Positions 32,702 through 43,521 of a stretch of 64,000 nt of DNA are shown piece by piece. Below the pieces are notes generated by a model, which saw nothing but the letters and a program-made list of their open reading frames with translations, had not been told where the DNA came from and searched no databases. This DNA comes from an uncultured Lentisphaerales bacterium (GTDB taxonomy: Bacteria; Verrucomicrobiota; Lentisphaeria; JABSQK01; UBA12247). The translations under genes and the position numbers were made by a program. The DNA is taken from the NCBI GenBank assembly GCA_943788985.1, contig CALSSJ010000002.1:64001-128000 (forward strand), given 5' to 3'. The stretch's first letter is position 1; every line of letters starts with the position of its first letter.

Positions 32702-33916
32702 ATGAACCAGACCCCTCTTTATCAACGACACGATTCAGCCGGTGCGAAATGGGGCGAGTTCGGTGGCTTTGCCATGCCTCTCTGGTATGAAGCTGGCCTG
32801 ATTCGCGAGCATCGCGCCGTCCTGCTCGCTGCTGGCCTGTTCGATACCAGCCACATGTCGATGTTTACCATAGCAGGCGCCAGTGCCCGCGAGCTGCTGC
32901 AGGCCACCTTGACCCGGGATCTCGAGACAGCCTTGCCCGGCAAAAAGCCACTATGCCCGGGACGCGCCGCCTACGGCTTTTTTCTCGACGAACGCGGGCA
33001 TGTGATTGATGACGTCATCGTTTTTCAGGAAGTACCAGACCGCTATTTTGTGGTCGTGAATGCGGCCATGGACGGACCCGTCATCGCCCACCTCCAGGCT
33101 CACGCGGCCGCTGACGTCTCCTTCGAGATCTTGACCGGCACGCTTGCCAAGCTGGACCTCCAAGGCCCCAAGGCGGGCGATATTCTCGAGCGCGTCATCG
33201 GCGACCAGGCCCGGCCGTTTCCAGCCTTTTCATTTCGTGGCCACTACGGGGCGTCTAGCACCGTGAAGACCCGTTCTGGCGCACCCGTGCTTGTCTCCCG
33301 CTCGGGCTATACCGGCGAGTTCGGCTTCGAGCTCTACCTGCCCGCCGAGCACGCCACGGCCGTCTGGGATGAGATTCTGGCACAAGGGCAAGACTGCGGG
33401 ATCCTGCCCTGCGGGCTCGGGGCGCGAGACAGCCTACGTGCCGGGGCTATGCTGCCACTTTCTCATCAGGACATTGGCGACTGGCCCTGCATCCGTCATC
33501 CGTGGGAGTTTGCCCTGCCACGGGCCGACGGTGGCTGGTCCAAATCATTCATTGGCGACCGGGCACTCGAACAGGCCAGCGACGCCAGCTACACCTACGC
33601 CTTTGTCGGCGAGAATAACCGCAAAGTCCCCGTTGGCCGGGATACCCGCGTCCTGCTCGCAGACCAAGACATCGGCCACGTCCTCACCTGCGTCACTGAC
33701 ATCAGCATTGAGCGCGTCGCTGGGACCATCCTTCGCATTGGTACCGAAAGCGCCCCTGCGGACTTCGCACCGCGAGGGCTTGCCTGCGGCTTCGTCTATC
33801 TCGATCAGAACGTCGAGCCCGGGACATCACTCTTGCTCGTAAACGGCCGCCGCCGCATCCAGGTGACGATCGCCACCACAGTTCGTCCCGGACGCACCTT
33901 TCGTATGCGTTGGTAG
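32702..33916 (+). CDS. GcvT-family aminomethyltransferase
   Basis: TPLY, FGGFAMP, GLFDTSHM, LQGP, SRSGYTGEFGFE, GLGARDSLR; no gcvH/gcvP nearby. Confidence 0.85.
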   Translation: MNQTPLYQRHDSAGAKWGEFGGFAMPLWYEAGLIREHRAVLLAAGLFDTSHMSMFTIAGASARELLQATLTRDLETALPGKKPLCPGRAAYGFFLDERGHVIDDVIVFQEVPDRYFVVVNAAMDGPVIAHLQAHAAADVSFEILTGTLAKLDLQGPKAGDILERVIGDQARPFPAFSFRGHYGASSTVKTRSGAPVLVSRSGYTGEFGFELYLPAEHATAVWDEILAQGQDCGILPCGLGARDSLRAGAMLPLSHQDIGDWPCIRHPWEFALPRADGGWSKSFIGDRALEQASDASYTYAFVGENNRKVPVGRDTRVLLADQDIGHVLTCVTDISIERVAGTILRIGTESAPADFAPRGLACGFVYLDQNVEPGTSLLLVNGRRRIQVTIATTVRPGRTFRMRW

Positions 33917-34011
33917 TGATGCTTTCGCGGGTGAGGCACTTCACCGGCTCGCGCGTTGCATCGCAGCTGCGGCCGTCTATATACCGTGAATCGCTGAACC
34001 CGGAGTATTCC

Positions 34012-36699
34012 ATGTACCGCATTCCCTCTGTACTGCTGATCCTGCTGTCCGTCTTCGCGCACAGCGGAGAACAGGAAGACCAGTTCCATTTTGCCGAAGG
34101 CCTGTTTATCCAGCAGGACTACGCCTCCGCGATCGAGGAGTATCGTGTCTACCTGCAAGACTTTCCAACCGGAGAGGCAGCGGCCACCTGCGCGTTTAGA
34201 ATCGGCGAATGCCAGCTCAGGACCGGGGTCCACGAGCAGGCGATCACCGCCTATGAGGCTGCTATCTCGAAGCATGCAAAGGCCGACGGAATTTCCCTCG
34301 CCTGGTACAACCTAGCTCGTTCGCGCTTGGCGCTGAAGAAGTACGCGCCAGCGGCCCAGGCATTCGGCACGGCCGCAGGCCTCGGCGATGCCCGCATCCG
34401 CCCAGAAGCCCTCATTGCCCAAGGCGAATGCCTGCTGCAACTCGAGAAGTTTGCGGAGTCCGCAACCCTCTACGAGACCTTTGTCGCGGAGTTCGCAACC
34501 CACAGCGGACTTGCTGGCGTGCAGTTTTCGCTCGGCTGGTGCTACCAACGGTTGCAACACCCCCAAAAAGCGATTGCCGTGTTGGAAGCCATGCTGAAGA
34601 CCGCGCCTGAAGCGCCGGATGCCCGCCGTGCTCGCTTGGCCCTGTCTGAAGCGTACACCGAGCTGGCGCAGTTCGACAAGGCCGCAGGCGCACTCGAAGG
34701 CGTCGAAGATGCGGACGGCGCTGCCACGCTGCGCCGCGCTTGGATGGAATTCCAAGCAGGCAATAAGGCGGCCTCCTGCGACCTGTTTGTCGCCTACCTG
34801 AGCAAGCATCCGGCCGGGGCCGAGCATCTCTCGGCCCGCTACAATGCTGGTGTGGCAGCCTACGAAGCGCGGCAGTTCGAGCGCGGCCTCACAATTCTCG
34901 GCGAGCTAGCCGCCCAAGCACCCGACAGCAAGGAAGCCGCCGATGCGTCCCTATGGCGTGGACTCTGCGCGTACGAATTGCAGCGCTTTCCGCAGGCGCT
35001 GGCGTGGTTGGAGCCGCTCACGCAAAAGGACGGAGTGGAGCAGCGAGAGAGCCTGTGGTACAGCTATGGCGAGTCGCTTGCGGGCACCAAGCGCCACGCC
35101 GAGGCCATCACCGCTTTCGACCAACTACTTGCGAAGTTCGCAACTGGCAAGTATGCCGCCAACGCTGCCTACTCGCGCGCTTTGTCGCTGGAAGAAAATG
35201 GCCAGGGGAACGAAGCGGTGGCTGCCCTCAAAGCTCTGCTGGAGACATCGCTTCCCGGCGAGCTGCGAAACAAAGCACTCTTTGCCACCAGCGAGTTTCT
35301 GTACCGCCAAGACCGCGCAGCGGATGCCATCAACTACTTGTTGGAATTAGCCCGGGCGGATCAGCCAGACCCGCAGACTCTGTATCGGCTGGGCTGGGCC
35401 GCATTTAAGACGGACCGGTTTCCGCTTTCGGGCGAGCACTTCTCGACCTTGGCCGCCGGCGACGGCGAGTTTGCCAGCGAAAGTTCCTTCATGCTTGGCC
35501 GTATCGCCGAGTCTACCGGCCGCACCGAGGAAGCCGTCGCTGCCTATCAACGCCTGATGAAGCGCAGCGGGGAGGACCCGTTTATCGAGCGCGCCTGGCG
35601 GCGTCTGGCTTACGTCTACAGCGGCGACGCGCTCACCCAGCATCAGACCGCGTACCAAGCGCAGTTCCCGAGCGGGAAGTATGGCGCTGAGCTGGCACTG
35701 CGCCTTGCTGAGGATGCCTTTTCTCTGGGCCAGGTCGATGCGGCACGAGCGGCCTTTACGGAGCTGTTGCCAAGCTTAAAAGACCCCGCCTTACGGCACG
35801 CTGCAGAATACGGCTTGGCCTGGTGCCTCCTGCAACAGGAGCAGCTAGAGGCCGCAGCTGCGATGTTCGCAGAACTCGCCGTGCTCAAGGGCAGTGAATG
35901 GCGACTGGATAGCCTGCTGCAGTGTGGCGAAATTTCCTTTAAGCAGGGCGACCATGTTACAGCGCTCGCTGCTTTTCGTGAGGTTGCCGGTGCCTCCACG
36001 CCGGAATCTGAACGTGCGCAGTACATGACAGGCTGGGTCCAGCGCGAACGCGGCGAACATGCAGCCGCGGCTAAGGCTTTTCGCGCCGTGCCAGAGCGTT
36101 TCCCAAACGGAGTCCTGCGCATCGAAGCAATGGTGCGCGCTGCGGAGGCGTACCTGGCCGCAGATCAGGCGCAGGCTGGCGCCGACCTGCTGCTGAGCAT
36201 TGCGGGGGGCGAGCGCGACGAGAGCGTCTGGCATGCCTTGGATGACTGCTTCGTGGCACTCGCGCGCTGGCAGGACGTGATCGAGCACAGCGCCCTGCTG
36301 CTGGAGGCCTATCCAGACTCGAAGCAAGCCTACCTGGCCTACTTCCGCCGGGGGCTGGCGCGGAAGGCGCTGGGTATCCACGCCGAAGCGATCGCGGACT
36401 TCAAGGCTACGATCGCCCACACCGACACTCGCCCGGCGGCTCAAGCACAGTTCAACATCGGCTCTGTGTTGCTGGCGCAAGGACAGCCAGACCGCGCCGC
36501 CAGGCAGTTCCTACGGGTCGAGATGCTCTTCGACTATCCCGATCTGTCGCCGCGGGCCTTGTATCACGCGGTCGATGCCTTTGTCCAGGCTGGCCCGGAT
36601 CACGCCAAGCGTGCCACGCTCTACGCGGCCAAGCTACGCGAGAAGTATCCAGACTCAGAGTGGGTGCCCAAGCTTGACGCATTGCAGGTGGCAAAGTGA
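34012..36699 (+). CDS. Large secreted TPR-repeat protein
   Basis: Signal peptide from ATG 34012 and many TPR units (YP/FP..A..A.Y/F..G); coupled to the exbB-like gene. Confidence 0.85.
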   Translation: MYRIPSVLLILLSVFAHSGEQEDQFHFAEGLFIQQDYASAIEEYRVYLQDFPTGEAAATCAFRIGECQLRTGVHEQAITAYEAAISKHAKADGISLAWYNLARSRLALKKYAPAAQAFGTAAGLGDARIRPEALIAQGECLLQLEKFAESATLYETFVAEFATHSGLAGVQFSLGWCYQRLQHPQKAIAVLEAMLKTAPEAPDARRARLALSEAYTELAQFDKAAGALEGVEDADGAATLRRAWMEFQAGNKAASCDLFVAYLSKHPAGAEHLSARYNAGVAAYEARQFERGLTILGELAAQAPDSKEAADASLWRGLCAYELQRFPQALAWLEPLTQKDGVEQRESLWYSYGESLAGTKRHAEAITAFDQLLAKFATGKYAANAAYSRALSLEENGQGNEAVAALKALLETSLPGELRNKALFATSEFLYRQDRAADAINYLLELARADQPDPQTLYRLGWAAFKTDRFPLSGEHFSTLAAGDGEFASESSFMLGRIAESTGRTEEAVAAYQRLMKRSGEDPFIERAWRRLAYVYSGDALTQHQTAYQAQFPSGKYGAELALRLAEDAFSLGQVDAARAAFTELLPSLKDPALRHAAEYGLAWCLLQQEQLEAAAAMFAELAVLKGSEWRLDSLLQCGEISFKQGDHVTALAAFREVAGASTPESERAQYMTGWVQRERGEHAAAAKAFRAVPERFPNGVLRIEAMVRAAEAYLAADQAQAGADLLLSIAGGERDESVWHALDDCFVALARWQDVIEHSALLLEAYPDSKQAYLAYFRRGLARKALGIHAEAIADFKATIAHTDTRPAAQAQFNIGSVLLAQGQPDRAARQFLRVEMLFDYPDLSPRALYHAVDAFVQAGPDHAKRATLYAAKLREKYPDSEWVPKLDALQVAK

Positions 36700-37391
36700 T
36701 GCGCTGGCTGTTGACTACGCTGGCGATCTCCGCATTCCACCTGAGTGCCGCAGAGGGCGGTCCCCTGGGCAATGAGATGTGGGAGACGCTGGAACGTGGC
36801 GGCGAGGTGATGTACGCCATTCTGGCGGCTTCGGTGATTGGTATCGCCTTTGTCCTAGAGAGCCTGTTTCGCACCCGGCGCGGGCGTATTCTGCCGCGCT
36901 TTGCCGAGAACCAACTGCATACGCAGCGGGCCGCTGCGGTGAGTGAGGTCATGGCCCGAGCTGCGAAGACCTGTGTCGGCGAGATTCTCGCAGCAGCCAT
37001 ACAGTGGGAAGCGGGCACGCCCGAGCAACGCCGCCAGGCCATCGAGGAAGCGGTAGAAAACCACCTGTGGAAACTGCGGCGAGGGGTGCGCCCAATTGGG
37101 GTGATTGCCAACGTGACGCCGCTTCTCGGGCTGCTGGGGACGGTTGTCGGCATTATCGAAGCATTTGATACCGTGTCTCAGCAGGGAGCGCTGGGCGATC
37201 CTGCAGCGTTGGCTGGCGGGATTTCTAAAGCACTGCTCACTACCTGCTTTGGCCTGATCGTGGCCATTCCGCTGCTGCTATCGTATCACTACCTTACCGG
37301 CCGCCTGGACGCCAGGCTACATCGCTGCGAGGAGTTGGTCAAAGAAGCCCTGCTGCTGCCGACCGCACCGGCGCCCGACGCGGACGCCTGA
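36696..37391 (+). CDS. exbB: MotA/TolQ/ExbB proton channel protein
   Basis: TPLLGLLGTVVGII.AF, LAGGISKALLTT.FGL.VAIP. Confidence 0.9.
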   Translation: MMRWLLTTLAISAFHLSAAEGGPLGNEMWETLERGGEVMYAILAASVIGIAFVLESLFRTRRGRILPRFAENQLHTQRAAAVSEVMARAAKTCVGEILAAAIQWEAGTPEQRRQAIEEAVENHLWKLRRGVRPIGVIANVTPLLGLLGTVVGIIEAFDTVSQQGALGDPAALAGGISKALLTTCFGLIVAIPLLLSYHYLTGRLDARLHRCEELVKEALLLPTAPAPDADA

Positions 37392-37392
37392 G

Positions 37393-37812
37393 ATGGCACG
37401 CCGGTGGCAAGAGAGCGAGCAGTTTGAGGTGCCCCAGACCCCGCTGATTGATATTATCTTCATCCTCATCGTCTTCTTCCTCGTCGCCACCACCTTTTAC
37501 ACGGAAGAGCGCGACATGAAGGTCGAGCTGCCCGAGGGCACCCAGGGCTCTGCCATCGCCAAAGATCAGGAGCGGCTGGTGATAAACATTCGCGCCGGTG
37601 GAATCATTGTCATAAATCAGGACGTGCTCAGCCTGCAACTTCTCGAGGACCAGCTGCGTAGTTGGGTCAAAAGCCATGGCAATCGCGATGTCGAGATCCG
37701 CGGCGATGCCAACGCGAAACATGGCCGAATCATGGAGGTGATGAACCTTTGCAAGAAGACTGGCGTCGAGAAGTACAGCGTCACACAACGCATCGTCCAG
37801 GAACGCGAGTAG
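37393..37812 (+). CDS. exbD: ExbD/TolR protein
   Basis: TPLIDIIFILIVFFLV, VELP, IRGD. Confidence 0.9.
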   Translation: MARRWQESEQFEVPQTPLIDIIFILIVFFLVATTFYTEERDMKVELPEGTQGSAIAKDQERLVINIRAGGIIVINQDVLSLQLLEDQLRSWVKSHGNRDVEIRGDANAKHGRIMEVMNLCKKTGVEKYSVTQRIVQERE

Positions 37813-37906
37813 CCGCCTCGCGCCATAGCGGGTAGCCTGACATTGTAAAGCCCTTCGCGAACAGCTAGATTAGAGACCAGATCAACGACGGATGTAGAGA
37901 GCTGAA

Positions 37907-39355
37907 ATGGCAAAGAAGATTGAGCGAAAACAACTGAAGCACATCGAGAAGCGCCTCAAAGAGCTGTACGATCGAGGTGTCAAGGCGTTAGTTCAGAAGA
38001 ATTACGGCTATGCCATCGACATGTTTCGGACCGTCTTGTACGATGAGCCGGGCCTGCTTGAAGTTCGCCAGAAGCTCCGGGAAGCCCAGCTGGGGCGTGT
38101 CGGGAATAAGCCCAGCATGGCTCGCGCAGTCCTTGCGTTCTTCGTCACACTGCCCGCTCGGGCTAAAGCTAAAGTAGCGATTAGGGCTGGGAATTTCAGC
38201 AAGGCGCTGGATCAAGCCGAGGTCGTGATGACTGGTGACCCCACATCACCCAGTGCAGCCCTGTTTATGGCTGGCATTGCCGCCGATGCCAATGTGTGGG
38301 ATGTCGCTATCAACGCGCTCGACTGCGCCTTGGCTCATCACCTGCAAAGCATTCCGCTGTTACACCGCCTGGCGAACGCCTATGTGAAAGGCGACGAGGC
38401 CTTGAAAGGGCTGGAGTGCATGAACCGCATCTGTGGCATCAAGCCTACGGACAAGTTTATGGCGGAAAGAAAAGAAATGACCGCTCTGGCCGCGATGAAG
38501 CAAGGAGGATGGGCCGCTGCCGAGCAGGGCAAGGCCGATTACAAAGACATCATCCGCGACAAGGACCAAGCCGTCAAGCAGGAACAGGAGGGCTCTACCT
38601 TTCGCACAAGCGCGGACATGGAGATGCAGATCAAGAGCCTGCAACAACTGGTGGATGGGCGAGATTCCGGCGCAAATCGTCAGAAGCTGGCAGAGGCGTA
38701 CCGCCAGGCAGGCCGCGACGAAGAGGCCATTGTCGAGTACGAGAAGGCGCTGGAGATGCTCGATGGGTTCGACCCAGGCTTGTACAACCACGTCACCGAA
38801 TGCAAAGGCAAGGTCATCGACAAGGAAATTACGAGCTGGAAAGAAGCCTTGGCCAACGAAGTGGCAACCGAAGCGGAAGCCATCGAGAATATCAAGGCTT
38901 GGGAAGACGAACGGCTGACCATCATGCTGGACCGCTGGGGCGAGCTGGTCAAACGGCTGCCGAGTGAAGTCAAGGGCCGCGATACGCTCGCGCACTATCA
39001 ATTCGAGGCAGGAGAGTACGACCTCGCCCTCGCAAACTTCCAGATGGTGAAGAAAAATCCGGCATTACGCCAGCAGGCCAGTCTCACGATTGGGCGCTGC
39101 CTCTCGTTCCAAGGCAAGCACGATCTGGCCATTGTCGAGCTGGAGGGCGCCTTAGAAGGAATGCACAACATGGACGGCATCAAGAAGAGCACGTTGTACC
39201 AGCTCGCCGAAGAGTACAAGGTCAGGGGCGATCAGGAAAAGGCAGACAGCTACTTCAAAGAAGTCTATTCAGCCGACATCGGGTTTCGTGATGTCTCCGA
39301 GATCGTCGAAAAGATCTACTCTCGCGAGAGCAGCGGCAAAGAAGAAGTTGACTAA
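37907..39355 (+). CDS. Cytoplasmic TPR protein
   Basis: Multiple TPR-like helices; C-terminal VYSADIGFRDV. Confidence 0.75.
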   Translation: MAKKIERKQLKHIEKRLKELYDRGVKALVQKNYGYAIDMFRTVLYDEPGLLEVRQKLREAQLGRVGNKPSMARAVLAFFVTLPARAKAKVAIRAGNFSKALDQAEVVMTGDPTSPSAALFMAGIAADANVWDVAINALDCALAHHLQSIPLLHRLANAYVKGDEALKGLECMNRICGIKPTDKFMAERKEMTALAAMKQGGWAAAEQGKADYKDIIRDKDQAVKQEQEGSTFRTSADMEMQIKSLQQLVDGRDSGANRQKLAEAYRQAGRDEEAIVEYEKALEMLDGFDPGLYNHVTECKGKVIDKEITSWKEALANEVATEAEAIENIKAWEDERLTIMLDRWGELVKRLPSEVKGRDTLAHYQFEAGEYDLALANFQMVKKNPALRQQASLTIGRCLSFQGKHDLAIVELEGALEGMHNMDGIKKSTLYQLAEEYKVRGDQEKADSYFKEVYSADIGFRDVSEIVEKIYSRESSGKEEVD

Positions 39356-39385
39356 TTGGAGACTGACCCGTGCGGGGGCCAGCCC

Positions 39386-40399
39386 ATGGACACCCTAACG
39401 GACACACTTTGCCGGCCATTGCGCGACCTCCGTGTTTCACTGATCGATGCCTGCAATCTGCGCTGTCGCTATTGCATGCCCACCGAACAATTCAGCCCCG
39501 ACCACCGCTTTCTGCGACCGGCTGAACGTCTCTCAGACGAAGAAGTGCTGCGCTTCATCCGTATTTTTGTGGAATGTGGAGTTAGCAAAATCAGACTGAC
39601 CGGTGGCGAACCGCTGCTGCGCCCGGGCGTCGCCCAGCTCATTGGCCGCATTCGCGAGATTCCCGGGATTACGGACATCGCACTGACCACTAACGGCGTG
39701 CACCTTGCTAAGTTCGCAGCGGCGCTGCGCGAGGCTGGCGTGGATCGCCTGACGATCAGCCTGGATGCGGTTAACCGGGCCACGCTAGCCCGGCTAGCCG
39801 GGCGAGCAGTGGACCCAAAGGCCATTCTGGACGGTGCAATTGCGGCCCGCGACGTGGGCTTCCAGCAAACCAAGATCAATATGGTGGCCATGCGCGGCTG
39901 GAATGAAGATCACATCCTACCGCTGGCCGAGCTAGGACGTGAACACGACTTCATCGTGCGTTTCATTGAGTACATGGACGTGGGCACCATGAATCAGTGG
40001 CAGCGGGAGGACGTCATCCCCGCGCGCGAGATTCATGACCTGATTCACGAGCGATATCCACTCGAGCCCGCAGACCCGCTCTACCGGGGCGAAGTGGCCC
40101 GGCGCTACCGCTATCTGGATGGCGGCGGCGAGATTGGGCTGATCTCATCTGTGACCGAGCCCTTCTGCCATGAATGCAGCCGCGCCAGAATCAGCGCTGA
40201 CGGCTTCCTGTTTACCTGCCTGTTCGGCACCTCTGGGCTTGATCTGCGCACGTTGATGCTGGCCGGGGCCGATGATAGCGAACTCCGCAAAACAGTAGAG
40301 TCGCACTGGCAGGCACGGACCGATCGCTATTCAGCAGACCGCCTGCAGTTGAAGGGCCAGACCACCGGCAAGGTGGAGATGTACCATATCGGCGGTTGA
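39386..40399 (+). CDS. moaA: GTP 3',8-cyclase MoaA
   Basis: LRVSL...CNLRCRYCMP, RLTGGEPLLR, FCHECSRAR, C-terminal IGG. Confidence 0.96.
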   Translation: MDTLTDTLCRPLRDLRVSLIDACNLRCRYCMPTEQFSPDHRFLRPAERLSDEEVLRFIRIFVECGVSKIRLTGGEPLLRPGVAQLIGRIREIPGITDIALTTNGVHLAKFAAALREAGVDRLTISLDAVNRATLARLAGRAVDPKAILDGAIAARDVGFQQTKINMVAMRGWNEDHILPLAELGREHDFIVRFIEYMDVGTMNQWQREDVIPAREIHDLIHERYPLEPADPLYRGEVARRYRYLDGGGEIGLISSVTEPFCHECSRARISADGFLFTCLFGTSGLDLRTLMLAGADDSELRKTVESHWQARTDRYSADRLQLKGQTTGKVEMYHIGG

Positions 40400-40414
40400 A
40401 AGTTACGAAACACG

Positions 40415-40443
40415 TTGACAGACCCCTGCCATGTGTTTATCAT
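40415..40443 (+). promoter_or_regulatory. Sigma70-type promoter of tRNA-Leu
   Basis: TTGACA (40415-40420), 17-nt spacer, TATCAT (40438-40443), 26 nt upstream of the tRNA. Confidence 0.8.
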
Positions 40444-40469
40444 ACCCGGCCTGCAGTCGCAGATCGAGT

Positions 40470-40558
40470 ACCAGAGTGGCGGAACTGGCAGACGCGCTAG
40501 GTTCAGGTCCTAGTTCCCGTAACCGGGAGTGGGGGTTCGAATCCCCCCTCTGGTACCA
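40470..40558 (+). tRNA. tRNA-Leu (anticodon CAG)
   Basis: Acceptor ACCAGAG/CTCTGGT + A + CCA; D-arm TGGCGGAACTGGCAGACGC; anticodon arm CTAGG-TTCAGGT-CCTAG; long variable arm; GTTCGAATC T-loop. Confidence 0.96.
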
Positions 40559-40575
40559 CCCCTTTTTTTAGCGGG

Positions 40576-41645
40576 ATGTGGTATCAAGTTTCGCTTTCAT
40601 CGATAGTCGATTGGTGAAGAAGAGATCGCCGAAGTGTGCGATAGCATTCGCAGCGGCTGGCTGACCTCCGGCCCTAAAGTCCGCGCCTTCGAACAAGCAT
40701 TCGCAAACTACGTAGGTGCTAACTTCCCAGTTGCGGTCAACTCTTGTGCTGCAGCCATGCATCTGGCGCTTGAAGCCCACGGGATTGGTCCCAAAGATGC
40801 GGTGGTCACCTCCGACTACACCTTCACCGCCTCGGCCGAAGTGATTCGCTATCTCGGTGCCACCCCGGTGTTCGTCGATATCAACCCGGTGATGCTCACT
40901 CTTTCCCCCGCGGCCCTGGCCCGCGCCCTGGCCGAGAATCCCCGTATTCGCGCGGTGATCCCCGTTCATACCGCCGGCCATCCCTGTGACATGGCTGGCT
41001 TGCGAGAAGCGATTGCGGGCCGGGATGTGGTCCTCATCGAAGACGCCGCACATTCCCTGCCCAGCGAGCTCTCAGGCCAACGCATCGGCGCGGCCAGCGA
41101 TGGCTGCTGTTTCAGCTTCTACGTCACCAAGACGCTCTGTACCGAGGAAGGCAGTATGCTGACCACGGATTCTGTGGAGATCGCAGCCCGCGCCCGCACG
41201 ATGCGCTTGCATGGGATCGATGCGGATGTCTTCGCCTGGGAGGACAGCGAACGACCGCTCCGGTACTACGAGGTGGTCGCTCCGGACTTTAAATACAACA
41301 TGACCGATCTGGCGGCCGCGATCGGTCTGCACCAGCTGCGGCGTCAGGACGAGTTTTGCGAACTGCGCAGCAGGACCGCCGCGCGGTATGACAGCTTGCT
41401 TGCTAACTGCCCCGTTACCCCTCCCCACGGTAAGCACTGGCTGCAAGCACGCGTGGCACCTGTACATCTTGCAGCTCCAGCTGGAGCACCTAACTTGCGA
41501 TCGCGATGAGATCAGTCGTCGTCTCGGCGCCGCCGGGGTGGCCCACAGCGAGCATTTCATTCCCTTGCACCGTCAGCCATACTGGCGTGTCCGCTCTGCG
41601 CTCACGCCCGCGCACTTTCCGGTCTCGGAGCAAGCCTTTCAGTAG
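40576..41645 (+). pseudogene. DegT/DnrJ/EryC1/StrS sugar aminotransferase pseudogene
   Basis: SGWLTSGPKV, IEDAAH, FSFYVTK, KYNMTDL. In-frame TAG at 40604-40606, degenerate EEGSM (usually GEGGM), and a frameshift near 41420 with HAWHLY...HFIPLH.QPY in another frame. Confidence 0.85.
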
Positions 41646-41679
41646 CCGAGGTTTTGCGGATTTCGCAAAAACGCGCCTG

Positions 41680-41882
41680 ATGCAACGCGCCTTTGATCTG
41701 CTGACTTCCGGATGCCCGCTGCTGCTGATTTGGCCGCTGCTGGCTCTGCTGGCGCTTTGGGTTCGGCTGGATTTAACCGGGCCAGTGTCGTTCGTGCAGG
41801 AGCGCGTGGGCCGAAATGGTGAGCTATTCAAAATTTTGAAGTTTCGGACCATGCAGACCGATGCCGAACAGAGTGGCCCTAC
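41680..41882 (+). pseudogene. Truncated bacterial sugar transferase (phosphoglycosyltransferase) fragment
   Basis: RAFDL, a TM segment, GPVSFVQERVGRNGELFKILKFRTM; the DELPQ region is absent and similarity ends just before the thrC 3' end. Confidence 0.75.
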
Positions 41883-41989
41883 AGGCGCAATACGTTGCCG
41901 AGCGCACGATCTGGCAAGATTGTGTCGTGATCCTCCGGACGCTGGTGCTGATTGTGCGGAGTTCGCAAACCCCGTCTTCGTGATCGCTG

Positions 41990-43372
41990 TCAGCCGGCGA
42001 GGGTTTGGATGATGGTCTCGCGGACAGTCGCTTCCTTGGCGTCGATCACTCGGCAGCGGGTCTTGGCTCCCTTCAGCTGATCAAGAATCGGGTGGGTGGC
42101 CGGTGCGTCGGGATTGGCGCGGGCGATTGCATCGGGGAACTTGGCGGGATGCGCTGTTGCCAGGCAGAGGCTCGGGCCGGAACCGGCGAGTTGCTGCGCG
42201 GCGGCGACGCCGACTGCGGTGTGTGGATCGAGCACATAGCCATGATTCTGGTAGCAGGCGGCGATGGTGGCAAGCGTCTGCTCAGTGTTGATGGCGGCCG
42301 CTTGAAAGCCGCTGTCGACACCGTCGGGGCCAAAGGGCACGGACAGGGATGCGGAGTTCGCAAACTCGTCCATGAGCGCGCACACCTTGGTGGCGTCGCT
42401 GCCACAGTGATAGAATAAATAGCGCTCGAAATTACTGGCGACCTGGATATCCATCGAGGGGCTGAGCGTGGGGGCGACCGTGCCGCGTGAGTAGGTGCCG
42501 GTGGTGAAGAAGCGGCTGAGGATGTCATTCTCGTTGGTGGCGACGATCAGGCTAGAGATCGGCGCGCCCATCCGTCGGGCGATGTAGCCAGCGAAGATGT
42601 CACCGAAGTTACCGGTGGGGACGGAGACAGTCACGGACTCCCCGCCTTCGCGTTCAAGGACGCGATAGCAACCGTAGAAATAATAGACGACTTGGGCGAG
42701 GACGCGGGCCCAGTTTACGGAGTTGATGGCTCCCAGTTGATAGTCGCGCTTGAAATCGAGGTCGCGAAATAGCGACTTCATGATGCTCTGGCCATCGTCG
42801 AAGGTGCCGCGGATGGCGAGGTTGTGAACATTCTCATCGAGCACGGAGGTCATCTGCAGCTCTTGCAGCGGACTGACGCGCTGGTGTGGATGCATGATGA
42901 AGATCTCGATGTTCTGGCGGCCACGCAGGCCTTGAATGGCCGCACTGCCGGTATCGCCGCTGGTCGCGCCGAGCACGGTCAACTTCTCGTTGCGTTCGCT
43001 CAGGATGTACTCAAAGACGGGCCCGAGAAACTGCAGGGCGATGTCTTTGAAGGCGAGGGTAGGGCCGTGGAATAGTTCGAGGATGTTGGTGCGGCCGAGC
43101 GGCACGACCGGGGCAACTTCGTCATGGCGAAAAGAGGAGTAGGCACTATTCACCAGCTGCATCAGGTCGCGAGATGGGATGTCATCGATAAAGAGGCTGA
43201 AGACTTCGTGAGCCAGTGCCGGATAGGCGAGGCTGCGCCACTCGGCCAGTCGGTTCCGCACGTCCGGGATTGTCTCCGGAAGAAGTAGGCCGCCGTCGGT
43301 GGCTAGCCCCATCATCACTGCGTCCTTAAAGGAAACGGGCGCGGTCTGGCCCCGTGTACTGATGTATCTCAT
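41990..43372 (-). CDS. thrC: Threonine synthase
   Basis: MRYISTRG, ELFHGPTLAFKD, GATSGDTGSAA, NSVNWAR, VPTGNFG, DPHTA, TAHPAKF. Confidence 0.96.
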   Translation of the reverse strand: MRYISTRGQTAPVSFKDAVMMGLATDGGLLLPETIPDVRNRLAEWRSLAYPALAHEVFSLFIDDIPSRDLMQLVNSAYSSFRHDEVAPVVPLGRTNILELFHGPTLAFKDIALQFLGPVFEYILSERNEKLTVLGATSGDTGSAAIQGLRGRQNIEIFIMHPHQRVSPLQELQMTSVLDENVHNLAIRGTFDDGQSIMKSLFRDLDFKRDYQLGAINSVNWARVLAQVVYYFYGCYRVLEREGGESVTVSVPTGNFGDIFAGYIARRMGAPISSLIVATNENDILSRFFTTGTYSRGTVAPTLSPSMDIQVASNFERYLFYHCGSDATKVCALMDEFANSASLSVPFGPDGVDSGFQAAAINTEQTLATIAACYQNHGYVLDPHTAVGVAAAQQLAGSGPSLCLATAHPAKFPDAIARANPDAPATHPILDQLKGAKTRCRVIDAKEATVRETIIQTLAG

Positions 43373-43521
43373 GGCAAAAACTTGAACTGAGGGCCTGGTG
43401 CGTAAAACAAGAACCGTACGTCGATGCGAACAGTCGGCAACGACTGGTGTCAACGTTGAGTGATCGGCCCTCAAGCGCGCAGGCAAGTATCACTGTCCCT
43501 TGCCCCTGCCCCCAGGCAAGG

